Positions 43,394-54,151 of a stretch of 64,000 bases of DNA are shown here, in pieces. The position numbers and the translations under genes are program-made. The DNA is from Maribacter sp. (GTDB taxonomy: Bacteria > Bacteroidota > Bacteroidia > Flavobacteriales > Flavobacteriaceae). Numbering within the stretch: the stretch's first letter is position 1; each line of letters begins with the position of its first letter. The notes below the pieces were generated by a model. It was not told where the DNA came from and searched no databases. It saw nothing but the letters and a program-made list of their open reading frames with translations. Where the stretch lies: the NCBI RefSeq assembly GCF_016744255.1, contig NZ_JADGES010000004.1:10142-74141 (forward strand), in the 5' to 3' direction.

Positions 43394-46300
43394 ATGAGTA
43401 CGTTAAAGAGTTCCATACGCTATAAAAAAGCGTTAACACTAATCGTCCTAGGATTAGTTATGTCCTCTCTTTTTGCATACGTTTTACCCACCGTTTTTAA
43501 CCCCGATGACAAAAAACATGCTGAAAAAGAAAGTGCAGAAATACTTGCAAATACGCATCCACTAATAGGTATTTCGGATAATGTTGTTTTTTGCTCTAAT
43601 GACAATAGAGAATTACATGAAATTTATCTATGTGGTGCCTCAGACGAAAGGCTTTTAGACCTTAATATCTCAGATTTAAAACAAATAACTTGGGCTAAAT
43701 TAGATAATACCAGTTGTAGTACCTCGCAAAACAATTGCCCCAATACTTCTCCTAGTTGTACTTGGAGCCAGCTAGCAACAAATACACAATACAATATAAC
43801 CCAAGGTGGAGAATATAGAATTTTTATTCAATACACAGACAACACAACAGAACGTTTTTATTTTAATGTATATGCTAACGGACTTAATCCAAATGCCGTC
43901 GTTACAAATATAGATTGTGGTAACCCTGGTAATATTACAGTAAATAATGTTCCTGCTAGTTACGAATACAGTATTAACAATGGAGCTTCTTGGCAAGATT
44001 CTAACATTTTCCCAATTAGTACCGTTAGTACATACGCAATTCAAATACGTAATAAAAACTTATCCAATGGCTGTGTTTTTAATTTAGATGATATAGCTGT
44101 AAACAACAACAGTTTTAATGCAGCATCAACTATTCTACCAATTACGTGTAATACATCTAAAGGAGGAATTAAAATTGATTTAACAGATGCCTCATCTAGT
44201 TATATATATGAAATAAGCCAAGGAGGAAACCTTATAAGTTCTTCTGGACCAATTGCTAGTAACACTTACACTTTTAGTAATTTAGACTCTGGTAGTTATA
44301 ATCTAAATGTAACATTATCTAGTGTATCTAATTGTTCTTGGGCAGCATCTTCTACCGTACCTGTTTTTACAACAATACAACCCAATGCTGTTGTTACTAA
44401 AAATATTGATTGTACGGATGGTATTATTACCGTGGCTCCAACAGGAGGTACAGCGCCTTATCAATATAGTTTAGATGGTGGTACAACTTACAACGCATTT
44501 ACTTCTGGAAACCAAACTACTATACCTGCCCCTACTGCTGGATTATACACAGTAACGGTTAAAGATAGTAGCGGTTGTGAAATCGATGCTTCCCCAGTAA
44601 GCATAATCACAGAATCAGAAATAATATATACTATAATTCCAAAAGCCGTTACTTGTAATGGTACAGATGACGGCAGTGTAACTGTTGATATTACGAACCC
44701 TCAAGGATATTCTACCACATACAGTATAGATGGTAGCACCTTCCAAACATCTAATGTATTTAGTAATTTAGCTAGCGGTTCTTATACCGTAATAATTAAA
44801 AAAGAAAAAGCAGGGGGATCTTGTGATGTTACAACAACTTCTGTTGATGTAGACCCTAGTTCTGCATTCACAGCCTCTGCATCTGTAACGCAACAAATAG
44901 ATTGCACTAATGGTTCTGCTACTATAGAAGCCGCTGTTACATCTGGTGGTAATGCTCCTTTTGAATATAGCTTAAATGGTATTGATTTTCAACTTAATAC
45001 TGACTTTACTGGTTTAGGTTCAGGCACATTTACAATTACCACTAAAGATGCAAACGGATGTACAACAACTGTAAACCAAGTGGTTAATGCTGGTTCTAAT
45101 CCTTCTAATATCATTTTTACTACAAGTGATATTGATTGTTCTACAGGAGCTACAGATGTGCAATTAACAATAGAAAATGGAAATGCTCCATTTACATATA
45201 GAACAACATCACCAACAATTATAAACGCTCCTGATAATACTTTTAATGGATTATTACCAAACACATATACTTTTGAGGTCACAGCTGATGATGGTTGCAT
45301 AATTGTTAGGAACTTTACCGTTCCTAACCCTATTGGCTTTAGTGTTAATTCCTCTGTAAAGAAAAATGTAAGTTGTTTTGCTGCTGGTACTGCTGATGGT
45401 AGTATTGAGGTTAGCGTTAGTGATTACGACACTTCTTTCGATATAGTTGTAGAAGATAGTACAGGAACGCCTACAGGGTTAGGTGTATTAAACGCCACAA
45501 CTTCCCCTATAACCATTTCTGGCTTAGCAGCGGATACGTATACATTACGAATTAATGACGCAGCAAGTGCTTGTCAAAAAGTAGAGACTCTAGAAATTAA
45601 GGCGCCTACTAGTGCTTTAGTAATTGATTCTTTTAGTGTTGCACATATGAACTGTGGAACAACAGGCGGAATAACAATTGAAGCCTCTGGCGGGTGGAAT
45701 AATTATGCATATTATGTATTACAACCAGATAATACGCCTACAGCCCCACAAGCCAATAAAAACATTACAGGTTTAACACAAGCAGGAACGCATACTATAG
45801 TAGTGACAGATATAAATGGATGTGTATTAGATTCCGAAACATTTGTTTTAGAAGATCGTGGAGGGCCAACCTCAACAGTGGATATTGCTGCCTCTAACTA
45901 CTGTTATAGCACAGCTACCAAAGGAGAATTAAAAATAGATATTACCAGCGGTGACGCTCCCTATTTTTATACTTTAAATAATGGAACTCCTATGCCGATA
46001 ACTGGGGGAACTTTTACCCTGTCTAATCTAACACCAGACGATTATATTGTAAAAGTTATAGGTAACAACGGATGCGAAACTATAGTTGCCGACACCAAAA
46101 TTAGCGGTCAGTTGTTTGCTTTAGCGCAAATAACAAAACCATTAGGGTGCGGTACTTCGCCTGACGCTGTTATACAAGTAAATGCACAAGAAGGTTACCC
46201 AGACTCAGATTATATATATGAAGCTAGTACAGATGGAGGCGCAACATATAGTAGTGTAACTATGCCTTACTCAACTTCTACAGCCGCAACCTATACTTTT

Positions 46301-49300
46301 AAAGTAACAGATAGTAAAGGCTGTGTTACCATAACAGACCCCGTTACAACCATAGTTGCTCCTACTTTAACCTCTAGCCATAATGTATCTGATACAGCTT
46401 GCGGAAAAGACGGAACTGGTTCTGTGGAACTAGTTGTTTCTGGAGGAACACCTCCATTTTTATATAGTTTTGATGGTAGTAGCTATACTACTCAAACTTT
46501 ATATACTAATTTAGATGCTACTACCTATACTTATGGTATTAAAGATGCGCTTGGCTGCGAATTAATAGGAGAACAAGTTATTGTAGGTGCAGAGGCTTCA
46601 ATAACCGCCGATGTTACTAAAACAGATATTACTTGTGCTGTTTCTGGTGGTACGCAATGGGGTAATACTAATGTAAACAATATTCAAAATGCTACTGGCT
46701 TAGTAACTATTAAACTAATAAGAGTTAATAGCCCTGCTGCACATGCCGCTGGTACTGCTAGATATTGGACTTATAGAGAATATAAAAATGTAGATATGTC
46801 TACACATCCAAGTGGTTATGATATTAGAATGTACTGGCCACATCATTTTTACGTAGAAGTTGAAGATGAAAAGGGCTGTGTCTATGAATCCGATTTATTT
46901 GAAATTGAGCAGCCTGCTTTACCATGGGTTCAAAAACCACAAGTAAGTTTAGAGCAATCATGTGCAAGTGGTGCTACATTCGAGGTTGAAGTTGGTGACC
47001 CAGTAGGATTAGTAGGCCCATTTAAATATCGTATATGGCCTTATGACGAAGACAATCCACCGTCTTGGAGAGAATTTAATGACGCTTCTAACCCTGTTTT
47101 AGGCCTAGATTCTGACCCCGTAGGTTTTGAAAGAGACCTAAGAGTTAGTGGGCTTCTTTTTGGTGTTAGTTATGCTATTGTACTGTACGACGAAAATACA
47201 GGATGCCAGCGCTGGCGAAGTTTAGGTGTAGTCCATAATCCAGAGCCACCAAATACTAATATAGATGTAATCTCAACTCCTCAAAGTTTATCTTGTTTTT
47301 CAGGATCCGATGGAAAAGTAAAATTCACCGTTGCTGGTGCAGGAGATAATGATTTAGATGGCGTACAAACAGTCAATTGGAGTATTAGACATACAAGTGA
47401 TAGAGGACCCGTACATGACTCTCATTCCTGGATACCTTCTTTTAGAAGAAGTGGAACAGCAAATGATGGCGGATCTGGAGGAGATATTGAAATTGATTTA
47501 ACTGGCTTAAAATTAGCATGGTATGTGGTTGAAGTTACTACTGAAGCAGGTTGTAGGTCCGGAAATCGATTCTTAATTTATAGACCAAAGTCTAAACTAA
47601 AATTAGAACTAGACCAATATGTTCCAGCAACATGTAATATAGGAGCTCAAATATCCGTAACAGCCAAAGGTGGATGGGACAATCAGCGCTATTTTAACAT
47701 CAGAAACAAACTAGATCAAACTGGTTGGCATGAATATGAATATGCCTTTGTTGTAGATGGTACAGTACCTGTAGATTCAGATTTTGGCCCTGATAGCTTT
47801 AAAACAATAACTCCCACAGCTTATGACGGCACTAATAATATTTACCAAGTGTATGTTCGCGATGGTGGTGGGTGTGTAGAAGGTTTAGGAACCCCTATTA
47901 CTATTACTAAAGATGACGAACCTGTATTAGACACAATAGATGTAACTAACAGATGTACTTCTACGAATGAAATTTATGATATTACAGTTAGTCTATCCAA
48001 CCTAGGAACTAACCCAACAAATACTACTCCAAAATATATTTGGGATGGTGAAGTAACGAATTTATCGACTAAACAATTAGGTCCAGGAACACATGAATTA
48101 GAAGTGAGAGATGAAAATGGTTGTTCTTTTAAAGAAAACATATTTATTTACCCACAAATGGTAAGCAAAGCCAATATTAGTAGTGTTGAGCTATGTGACC
48201 CTTTAAATAGTGGAGAGGTAACTATAGAAGTATACGGCGGTTCAACCGATTATACGTTCATACAAACTGTTCCTGCTGGCCCAACAAACACTACAGGTAT
48301 ATTTCCAGGATTAACAAATTCTGTTAACTATGAGTTTACCGTCACAGATAATCTATCTGGTTGCCCTATACAAACAGTATACGCAACATTAGATCCCCCT
48401 ACACAACCCAATTTTAAAATACAGTCCATACAACATGTTACTTGTAACGGAGCTGATAATGGTAAAATAGTTGTAGAGCAAACACCTGCCACAGATAACC
48501 TAGATGTTACCTATGAATATAGCAAGGACGGTATTACATACCAAGCCTCTAATGTTTTCGAAAATCTAGCTCCAGGTCCATATGACATACGAGTAAGATC
48601 TGCCAAAAATTGTGTACAAACACTAGTTACGGAAACCATTACAGAACCTTCCGTATTAACCTTAGAAACACCAACAGTATCTACCTTTGCATGTAATATA
48701 ACTAACGGATTAGGGTTAGCTACAATTACTACAGGAATTAATAACGGAAGTGGTACTCCTACAGGAACAGCGCCCTATAATTACAGATTTAATAGCAATA
48801 GTTTTAGTGCGTCCAGTACTTTTTCTATTCCTTTTGAAACTATAGCACAAAGTGTAATCATAGATGTTGTAGATGCTAATGGTTGTACAGACCAAATTAC
48901 AGTCATCGTTCCTGCTGCTACTAAAGTAACCGCAAGTTACACAGAACTAACAGCTATGAATTGTATAACGGATGCTAGTATAACTATCAACGGAACTGGT
49001 GGAAGCGGTATGGCAAATTATAGTGTAAAAGAACTGCCTTCTGGTAACTTAATAAATAGCACTGGTTCAGGAACCGTAACTATTCCGGCAGGAAACCCCG
49101 GCACCTATATTTATGAACTAACAGATACTGTTACCGGCTGTACAGCACAAGTAAGTTATAAAATAGCACCTTTTGATACTATTAAAGTCATAGCGACTAA
49201 AACAAATGACATTACATGTTTTGGAGAATCTAATGGCGGAATTTCTTTTACCACTTCTGGATTTGGAACAGGATTTAGCTATGAAATTTACAATGCAAAT

Positions 49301-51730
49301 AACTTAACTACTCCTTACGTAGCTCTTACAAACAGTACAAGTACTGCTGCGATAAACAATAGTACGCTACCCGCAGGTACTTTCTTTATAAAAGTTATAG
49401 ATACGGATACTGGATGTAGTCAAAATTCTGATCAAATTTCTATTCAAAGTCCGGTACAGACTTTAGACTTTACCTATTCCATTACCCATGAACTTACATG
49501 CTCTCCAGGTACCGATGCGCAAGTAACTGCAACACCAGAAGGCGGCTGGGGTACGTACGAATTTGAGTTAGTTAATCCTAGTATTGGAACACCAATACAA
49601 TCTTTTGATGCTAATAATGTGTTTAGCGGATTAACTTCTGGCATTAATTACGAATTAACCCTTAGAGATGCTAATGGTTGCAGTGATGTAGAGATAATTA
49701 CAATACCAGAAATTGATGTGATTACAGTAGACCCTGTAACAATAACAGCTACCAATCCTTCTTGCACAGAAGCAGATGATGCTAGCATTACAGTTATTGC
49801 TACTAGAACAAATGGTCCTTCTAGCTACCAATACGTCTTAAACAATGAGATTACTGGAGTTAGCGGATTACCACAAGTCAGCAATATTTTTTATAATTTA
49901 TTCGAGGGAGACTATTCAGTAACCGTTATAGATGGCTATGGTTGTGATACTACAACAGCTACTATTCAAATTGTAGATCCATCCGAAATAAAAATTGATG
50001 GTGTAATAAGCCAAGAACCTAACTGTGCTCCTAATTCTGGAGAAATTACGGTATCAGCCAGCGGTGGCGGAGGCACTTATGAATATAGAATAATTTTTCC
50101 TACTGCTAATGTAACTCCATGGAGTAATCAGCAAGTATACCCATTATTAGCAGCAGGATCCTACGAGTTTGAAGCACGTGATGCAGCTAACCTTTGTGTT
50201 TCTCCTATTACAGTAATACGAACCATAAACATAGTAGAACCATTGGCTATAACAGTAAATAGAGACAATACTATTATCAACTGTTTTGGTGAAATGGATG
50301 CTGTCCTAATTGCAGAAGCAACTGGTGGTTTAGGAGGTTATCAATACCAATTAGAAGCTGGTGGTACACTACAAGGAACCCCTCAAGATTCTGGAATTTT
50401 TGAAAATTTAGGACAAGGAAGTTATAGAATTTTAGCAACCGGAGGTACTAACTGTAATGTGTATTCTGAAACTATTACTATATCGGAACCTGCGCTATTA
50501 AATGCTTCCATTGCTAACAAACAAGATATTAAATGTTTTGGTGAAGAAGATGGAAGTATAGAAATAAGTGTTAATGGCGGAAATGCACCATACCAATACA
50601 TTATCTCATCTAGTCCTGAAAAATCTGTAGATACTAATCTATTCGAGGAACTAGCTGGCGGAACATACAGTGTAATAGTACAAGACGCAAATGGTTGTGA
50701 AATTGCTGTAAATAACATCGTAGTAGATTCCCCAACAGCAGCATTAAATGCAATTGTTACCCGAGTAGAAGATGAGGTATGTTCTAGTGATGACAATGGA
50801 GTTATAGAAGTAAGCCTTTCTGGAGGAACTGCTCCATATGAATACAATCTTTCTAGTCCTGCAGATGCATACACTAGTGTAGGAAGTGCTACTTTACTTT
50901 TAGACAACCTAGATGGTGGTTTCTATGAAATTTACCTTAAAGATGCCAATGGATGCCAATTTGTATTAGTCCAAGAAGTAAAAGTAGGTTCTAATCTTTC
51001 TTCGGAAATAGATAAAATAAATGAATGTATCGATGGTATTCCTACTTATGGAGTTTCTGTTATATTCGATGATAGCACTTTAGATACCACAGAAATTGTA
51101 TTCGATTTAGATGATCCAACACCAAACAACCCAGATGTAGCAAATGCGCAGTCTGATACTAATTTCTCAGATATTACCTCTGGAAACCATACGATAAGTA
51201 TAGTGAATTTAGGTACTGGTTGTGTTGAGGTTAAAAGCTTTTCTATTGAAGCTCAAGAACAATTAGTTTTAGCCACTAAACCAGGCGAAATTAATGAAAT
51301 AGTTTTAGAAGCAACTGGTGGTGATGGAAATTACACCTATTATTTTGATGATGAAACTAACGCTACTGGTTCTATGTTTGTTAACCATACTGCTGTATAT
51401 ATTGCAAAAGTAATCGATGGAAAAGGGTGCGAAACTAGTATAGAAATACCTATGGAATTTATAGATATTGAAATTCCGAATTTCTTTACACCAGATGGCG
51501 ATGGAAATAATGACACATGGGTCTTTAAGAATGTAGAAGGGTTCCCTAATCTATGGGGAGCTATCTATGATAGATATGGTAGGCAAGTTAAGTATTTTAT
51601 AAAACAAGGAAATTGGGATGGATCATACAACAATGTAGATTTACCTGCAGGAGATTACTGGTACGTTATTAAACTAAACGGAGAAAATGATGACCGCGAA
51701 TTTGTTGGTCATGTAACCATCTATAGATAA
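43394..51730 (+). CDS. Giant SprB-like repetitive surface adhesin with a T9SS type-B C-terminal sorting domain
   Basis: Signal peptide; many C-x(5-8)-G-x-I..GG-x-x-PY..DANGC repeats; C-terminal IPNFFTPDGDGNNDTW..YDRYGR..WDG..DYWY..FVGHVTIYR. Confidence 0.92.
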   Translation: MSTLKSSIRYKKALTLIVLGLVMSSLFAYVLPTVFNPDDKKHAEKESAEILANTHPLIGISDNVVFCSNDNRELHEIYLCGASDERLLDLNISDLKQITWAKLDNTSCSTSQNNCPNTSPSCTWSQLATNTQYNITQGGEYRIFIQYTDNTTERFYFNVYANGLNPNAVVTNIDCGNPGNITVNNVPASYEYSINNGASWQDSNIFPISTVSTYAIQIRNKNLSNGCVFNLDDIAVNNNSFNAASTILPITCNTSKGGIKIDLTDASSSYIYEISQGGNLISSSGPIASNTYTFSNLDSGSYNLNVTLSSVSNCSWAASSTVPVFTTIQPNAVVTKNIDCTDGIITVAPTGGTAPYQYSLDGGTTYNAFTSGNQTTIPAPTAGLYTVTVKDSSGCEIDASPVSIITESEIIYTIIPKAVTCNGTDDGSVTVDITNPQGYSTTYSIDGSTFQTSNVFSNLASGSYTVIIKKEKAGGSCDVTTTSVDVDPSSAFTASASVTQQIDCTNGSATIEAAVTSGGNAPFEYSLNGIDFQLNTDFTGLGSGTFTITTKDANGCTTTVNQVVNAGSNPSNIIFTTSDIDCSTGATDVQLTIENGNAPFTYRTTSPTIINAPDNTFNGLLPNTYTFEVTADDGCIIVRNFTVPNPIGFSVNSSVKKNVSCFAAGTADGSIEVSVSDYDTSFDIVVEDSTGTPTGLGVLNATTSPITISGLAADTYTLRINDAASACQKVETLEIKAPTSALVIDSFSVAHMNCGTTGGITIEASGGWNNYAYYVLQPDNTPTAPQANKNITGLTQAGTHTIVVTDINGCVLDSETFVLEDRGGPTSTVDIAASNYCYSTATKGELKIDITSGDAPYFYTLNNGTPMPITGGTFTLSNLTPDDYIVKVIGNNGCETIVADTKISGQLFALAQITKPLGCGTSPDAVIQVNAQEGYPDSDYIYEASTDGGATYSSVTMPYSTSTAATYTFKVTDSKGCVTITDPVTTIVAPTLTSSHNVSDTACGKDGTGSVELVVSGGTPPFLYSFDGSSYTTQTLYTNLDATTYTYGIKDALGCELIGEQVIVGAEASITADVTKTDITCAVSGGTQWGNTNVNNIQNATGLVTIKLIRVNSPAAHAAGTARYWTYREYKNVDMSTHPSGYDIRMYWPHHFYVEVEDEKGCVYESDLFEIEQPALPWVQKPQVSLEQSCASGATFEVEVGDPVGLVGPFKYRIWPYDEDNPPSWREFNDASNPVLGLDSDPVGFERDLRVSGLLFGVSYAIVLYDENTGCQRWRSLGVVHNPEPPNTNIDVISTPQSLSCFSGSDGKVKFTVAGAGDNDLDGVQTVNWSIRHTSDRGPVHDSHSWIPSFRRSGTANDGGSGGDIEIDLTGLKLAWYVVEVTTEAGCRSGNRFLIYRPKSKLKLELDQYVPATCNIGAQISVTAKGGWDNQRYFNIRNKLDQTGWHEYEYAFVVDGTVPVDSDFGPDSFKTITPTAYDGTNNIYQVYVRDGGGCVEGLGTPITITKDDEPVLDTIDVTNRCTSTNEIYDITVSLSNLGTNPTNTTPKYIWDGEVTNLSTKQLGPGTHELEVRDENGCSFKENIFIYPQMVSKANISSVELCDPLNSGEVTIEVYGGSTDYTFIQTVPAGPTNTTGIFPGLTNSVNYEFTVTDNLSGCPIQTVYATLDPPTQPNFKIQSIQHVTCNGADNGKIVVEQTPATDNLDVTYEYSKDGITYQASNVFENLAPGPYDIRVRSAKNCVQTLVTETITEPSVLTLETPTVSTFACNITNGLGLATITTGINNGSGTPTGTAPYNYRFNSNSFSASSTFSIPFETIAQSVIIDVVDANGCTDQITVIVPAATKVTASYTELTAMNCITDASITINGTGGSGMANYSVKELPSGNLINSTGSGTVTIPAGNPGTYIYELTDTVTGCTAQVSYKIAPFDTIKVIATKTNDITCFGESNGGISFTTSGFGTGFSYEIYNANNLTTPYVALTNSTSTAAINNSTLPAGTFFIKVIDTDTGCSQNSDQISIQSPVQTLDFTYSITHELTCSPGTDAQVTATPEGGWGTYEFELVNPSIGTPIQSFDANNVFSGLTSGINYELTLRDANGCSDVEIITIPEIDVITVDPVTITATNPSCTEADDASITVIATRTNGPSSYQYVLNNEITGVSGLPQVSNIFYNLFEGDYSVTVIDGYGCDTTTATIQIVDPSEIKIDGVISQEPNCAPNSGEITVSASGGGGTYEYRIIFPTANVTPWSNQQVYPLLAAGSYEFEARDAANLCVSPITVIRTINIVEPLAITVNRDNTIINCFGEMDAVLIAEATGGLGGYQYQLEAGGTLQGTPQDSGIFENLGQGSYRILATGGTNCNVYSETITISEPALLNASIANKQDIKCFGEEDGSIEISVNGGNAPYQYIISSSPEKSVDTNLFEELAGGTYSVIVQDANGCEIAVNNIVVDSPTAALNAIVTRVEDEVCSSDDNGVIEVSLSGGTAPYEYNLSSPADAYTSVGSATLLLDNLDGGFYEIYLKDANGCQFVLVQEVKVGSNLSSEIDKINECIDGIPTYGVSVIFDDSTLDTTEIVFDLDDPTPNNPDVANAQSDTNFSDITSGNHTISIVNLGTGCVEVKSFSIEAQEQLVLATKPGEINEIVLEATGGDGNYTYYFDDETNATGSMFVNHTAVYIAKVIDGKGCETSIEIPMEFIDIEIPNFFTPDGDGNNDTWVFKNVEGFPNLWGAIYDRYGRQVKYFIKQGNWDGSYNNVDLPAGDYWYVIKLNGENDDREFVGHVTIYR

Positions 51731-51754
51731 TTATTATCTCTTATTTTATAAAAC

Positions 51755-51785
51755 AAAAAAGTACAGTTATCTACTGTACTTTTTT
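51755..51785. terminator. Bidirectional terminator between the adhesin and xth
   Basis: AAAAAAGTACAGT-N5-ACTGTACTTTTTT. Confidence 0.85.
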
Positions 51786-51801
51786 GTTTTTACTAATATT
51801 C

Positions 51802-52563
51802 CTATTTTATTTCTACTAAAACCGGACAGTGATCACTGTGTTTGGCTTCAGACAAAATTAAAGCTCTTTGTAGTCTATCCTCTAAAGAAGAACTTACCAT
51901 TCCATAATCTAAACGCCAACCTTTATTGTTATTCCTGGCATTAGCTCTATAACTCCACCAAGAATAGTTATCGGCATCTTTGTTAAAATGCCTAAAACTA
52001 TCAATAAATCCACTCTTCATAAAATCACCAATCCATTCTCTCTCTACAGGTAAAAACCCAGAAACGTTCTTATTACGAACAGGGTCATGGATATCTATGG
52101 CCTCATGGCATATATTATAATCTCCCAAAACAATAATATTAGGGTGTTCTTTTTTTAATTCATTTATATAAGTCTGAAAATCTGCCATATATTTTAGCTT
52201 AAAATCCAAACGATCCATATTCGTTCCAGAAGGTAAATACATACTCATTATGGAAACATCACCATAATCTACACGCAAATTTCTTCCTTCAAAATCCATA
52301 TAATCGATTCCAGTACCATACTGTATATGATCCGGTTTCTTCTTTGCTAATATAGCAACGCCACTATATCCTTTTTTTTGAGCGCTAAACCAATAATTAT
52401 AAGCGTATCCTGCTTGCGCAAAAACATCTAAATCTAACTGATCTTTATTTGCTTTTATTTCTTGTAAGCATATTACATCTGGGTCTGCAGCTAGCAACCA
52501 TTCTATAAATCCTTTTTTTAAAGCAGCTCTTATGCCATTTACGTTGTACGATATAATTTTCAT
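51802..52563 (-). CDS. xth: Exodeoxyribonuclease III
   Basis: ISYNVNGIRA, CLQEIK, GDYNICH, WRLDY and SDHCPV motifs. Confidence 0.97.
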   Translation of the reverse strand: MKIISYNVNGIRAALKKGFIEWLLAADPDVICLQEIKANKDQLDLDVFAQAGYAYNYWFSAQKKGYSGVAILAKKKPDHIQYGTGIDYMDFEGRNLRVDYGDVSIMSMYLPSGTNMDRLDFKLKYMADFQTYINELKKEHPNIIVLGDYNICHEAIDIHDPVRNKNVSGFLPVEREWIGDFMKSGFIDSFRHFNKDADNYSWWSYRANARNNNKGWRLDYGMVSSSLEDRLQRALILSEAKHSDHCPVLVEIK

Positions 52564-52667
52564 AGATTTTCTTGTGTGCCTAAAAATAATAAAATAGGAT
52601 TTAGTGGATCTATAATTTTAAAAATATAATATCTTATTTTTACATTTTTAAATTTAGAATTAAATTA

Positions 52668-53183
52668 ATGAAAAAGGTAATTGTTTTAATTATATTAATA
52701 GGAGCTTCCTATTTTTTATCAGCACAAGGGTCTTCAGAAAATAATGATGAGATTAAATTTAATGTTGGTCACTTTTTAGCTACGTCAACTATTGGTTTTG
52801 CATATGAACATTATATAAATGAAGACACTAGTATTGGTGGGGATATTTATTTTGATAATAAAGCAACAGACTACAACGGTAATTTTGGATTAGGGGCTAA
52901 CATAAGAGCTTATTTTGGCTATGAACCAAGAAGTGGATTTTTTGCGGAAGCTTTTGGTTTATATTATACTGGAGAAGATGATATTCCAGATAACAATTTA
53001 GGACAAAGAAATGTTGACTATAGTACCTTAGCGCTTGGTCTAGGAGGTGGTTTTAAACTCGTTACTTTTAGTGAAAGATTTACTGTAGAATTAAACGGTG
53101 GTTTCGGAAGAAATATAAGTCCGGAAGATTACCAAGACACATTTATGTATAAAGCCGGCCTATCTGTAGGTTTTCGATTTTAA
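52668..53183 (+). CDS. Outer-membrane beta-barrel protein (DUF3575-like)
   Basis: Signal peptide, amphipathic strands and a C-terminal SVGFRF. Confidence 0.7.
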   Translation: MKKVIVLIILIGASYFLSAQGSSENNDEIKFNVGHFLATSTIGFAYEHYINEDTSIGGDIYFDNKATDYNGNFGLGANIRAYFGYEPRSGFFAEAFGLYYTGEDDIPDNNLGQRNVDYSTLALGLGGGFKLVTFSERFTVELNGGFGRNISPEDYQDTFMYKAGLSVGFRF

Positions 53184-53185
53184 AA

Positions 53186-54058
53186 ATGTCAACCTTAAAT
53201 ATTCTAGAGTCGCACACAGCTAAGGTTTTACTTAAACCTGTGCGATTACAAGAATATGGTGTAGGTATATTTAATACCATTTCGACAAAATCGGCTTTAA
53301 AAAAAAGTCTCAAAAAAGGACTTATTCTCGTAAACGGAAATGTTGCCTCTACAGCAAATTTTATATGTGGAAGAGAAGTAATTGTTCTCTTAGAAGACAA
53401 AAAAACTACACCGCACAAAAAAATTACTCTATCCTTAGAAGTCATTTACGAAGATGCGTATTTTGCCATAATTAATAAACCTGCAGGTATTCTTGTAAGT
53501 GGCAACTCTTTTAAAACTATAACTAACGCCTTAGAACAAAATATAAGTCCAAGTACTTTACCAGATGCTGTTAATCCCAAACCTGCACATAGATTAGATT
53601 ACCCAACAACTGGTCTATTAGTAGTAGGTAAGACAAGTTCTAGTATTATTGCTTTAAATAAATTATTTGAGAACAAACAAATAAATAAAACCTATATAGC
53701 AATTACCATAGGAACAATGAAACCCTTTGGAACCATCTCTACACCCATTGACGGTAAAATAGCAACCTCTAAATATAAAGTTATAAAAACAACGCCATCT
53801 AAAAGGTTTGCATTTTTAAACTGGGTTCAATTATCCCCTGCTACAGGAAGGAAACATCAATTACGAAAACATTTATATGGTATAGGCAATCCTATTTTAG
53901 GAGACCCAACTTATGCTTTAAAAGATTTAGAATTAAAAGGCAAAGGGCTTTACTTGCATGCCTATTCCTTAGAATTTACGCATCCTTTTACTAAAGAAAA
54001 GGTTCTTTTGGTAAAAGACCCACCTAATAAATTTAATCGCATTTTCGAGAAAAAGTAA
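53186..54058 (+). CDS. RluA family pseudouridine synthase
   Basis: INKPAGI, HRLDYPTTG (catalytic Asp), TGRKHQLR and GDPTY motifs. Confidence 0.93.
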   Translation: MSTLNILESHTAKVLLKPVRLQEYGVGIFNTISTKSALKKSLKKGLILVNGNVASTANFICGREVIVLLEDKKTTPHKKITLSLEVIYEDAYFAIINKPAGILVSGNSFKTITNALEQNISPSTLPDAVNPKPAHRLDYPTTGLLVVGKTSSSIIALNKLFENKQINKTYIAITIGTMKPFGTISTPIDGKIATSKYKVIKTTPSKRFAFLNWVQLSPATGRKHQLRKHLYGIGNPILGDPTYALKDLELKGKGLYLHAYSLEFTHPFTKEKVLLVKDPPNKFNRIFEKK

Positions 54059-54082
54059 AAGGCTGTACAAATACAGCCTTTT
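54057..54082. terminator. Bidirectional terminator between RluA and glyQS
   Basis: AAAAGGCTGTA-CAAA-TACAGCCTTTT. Confidence 0.8.
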
Positions 54083-54151
54083 CATTATTCTTAAGCAAAT
54101 TACCTTGATGCAAGCATCGAGGTATTAAACCCACTAGTGGGAATAAATATT

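Noticed and set aside
43394-51730. Repeats in the adhesin as a possible CRISPR array or DNA tandem repeat
   Set aside because: The repeats are degenerate at DNA level, protein-coded and in one open frame; there is no constant repeat/spacer pattern and no cas genes.
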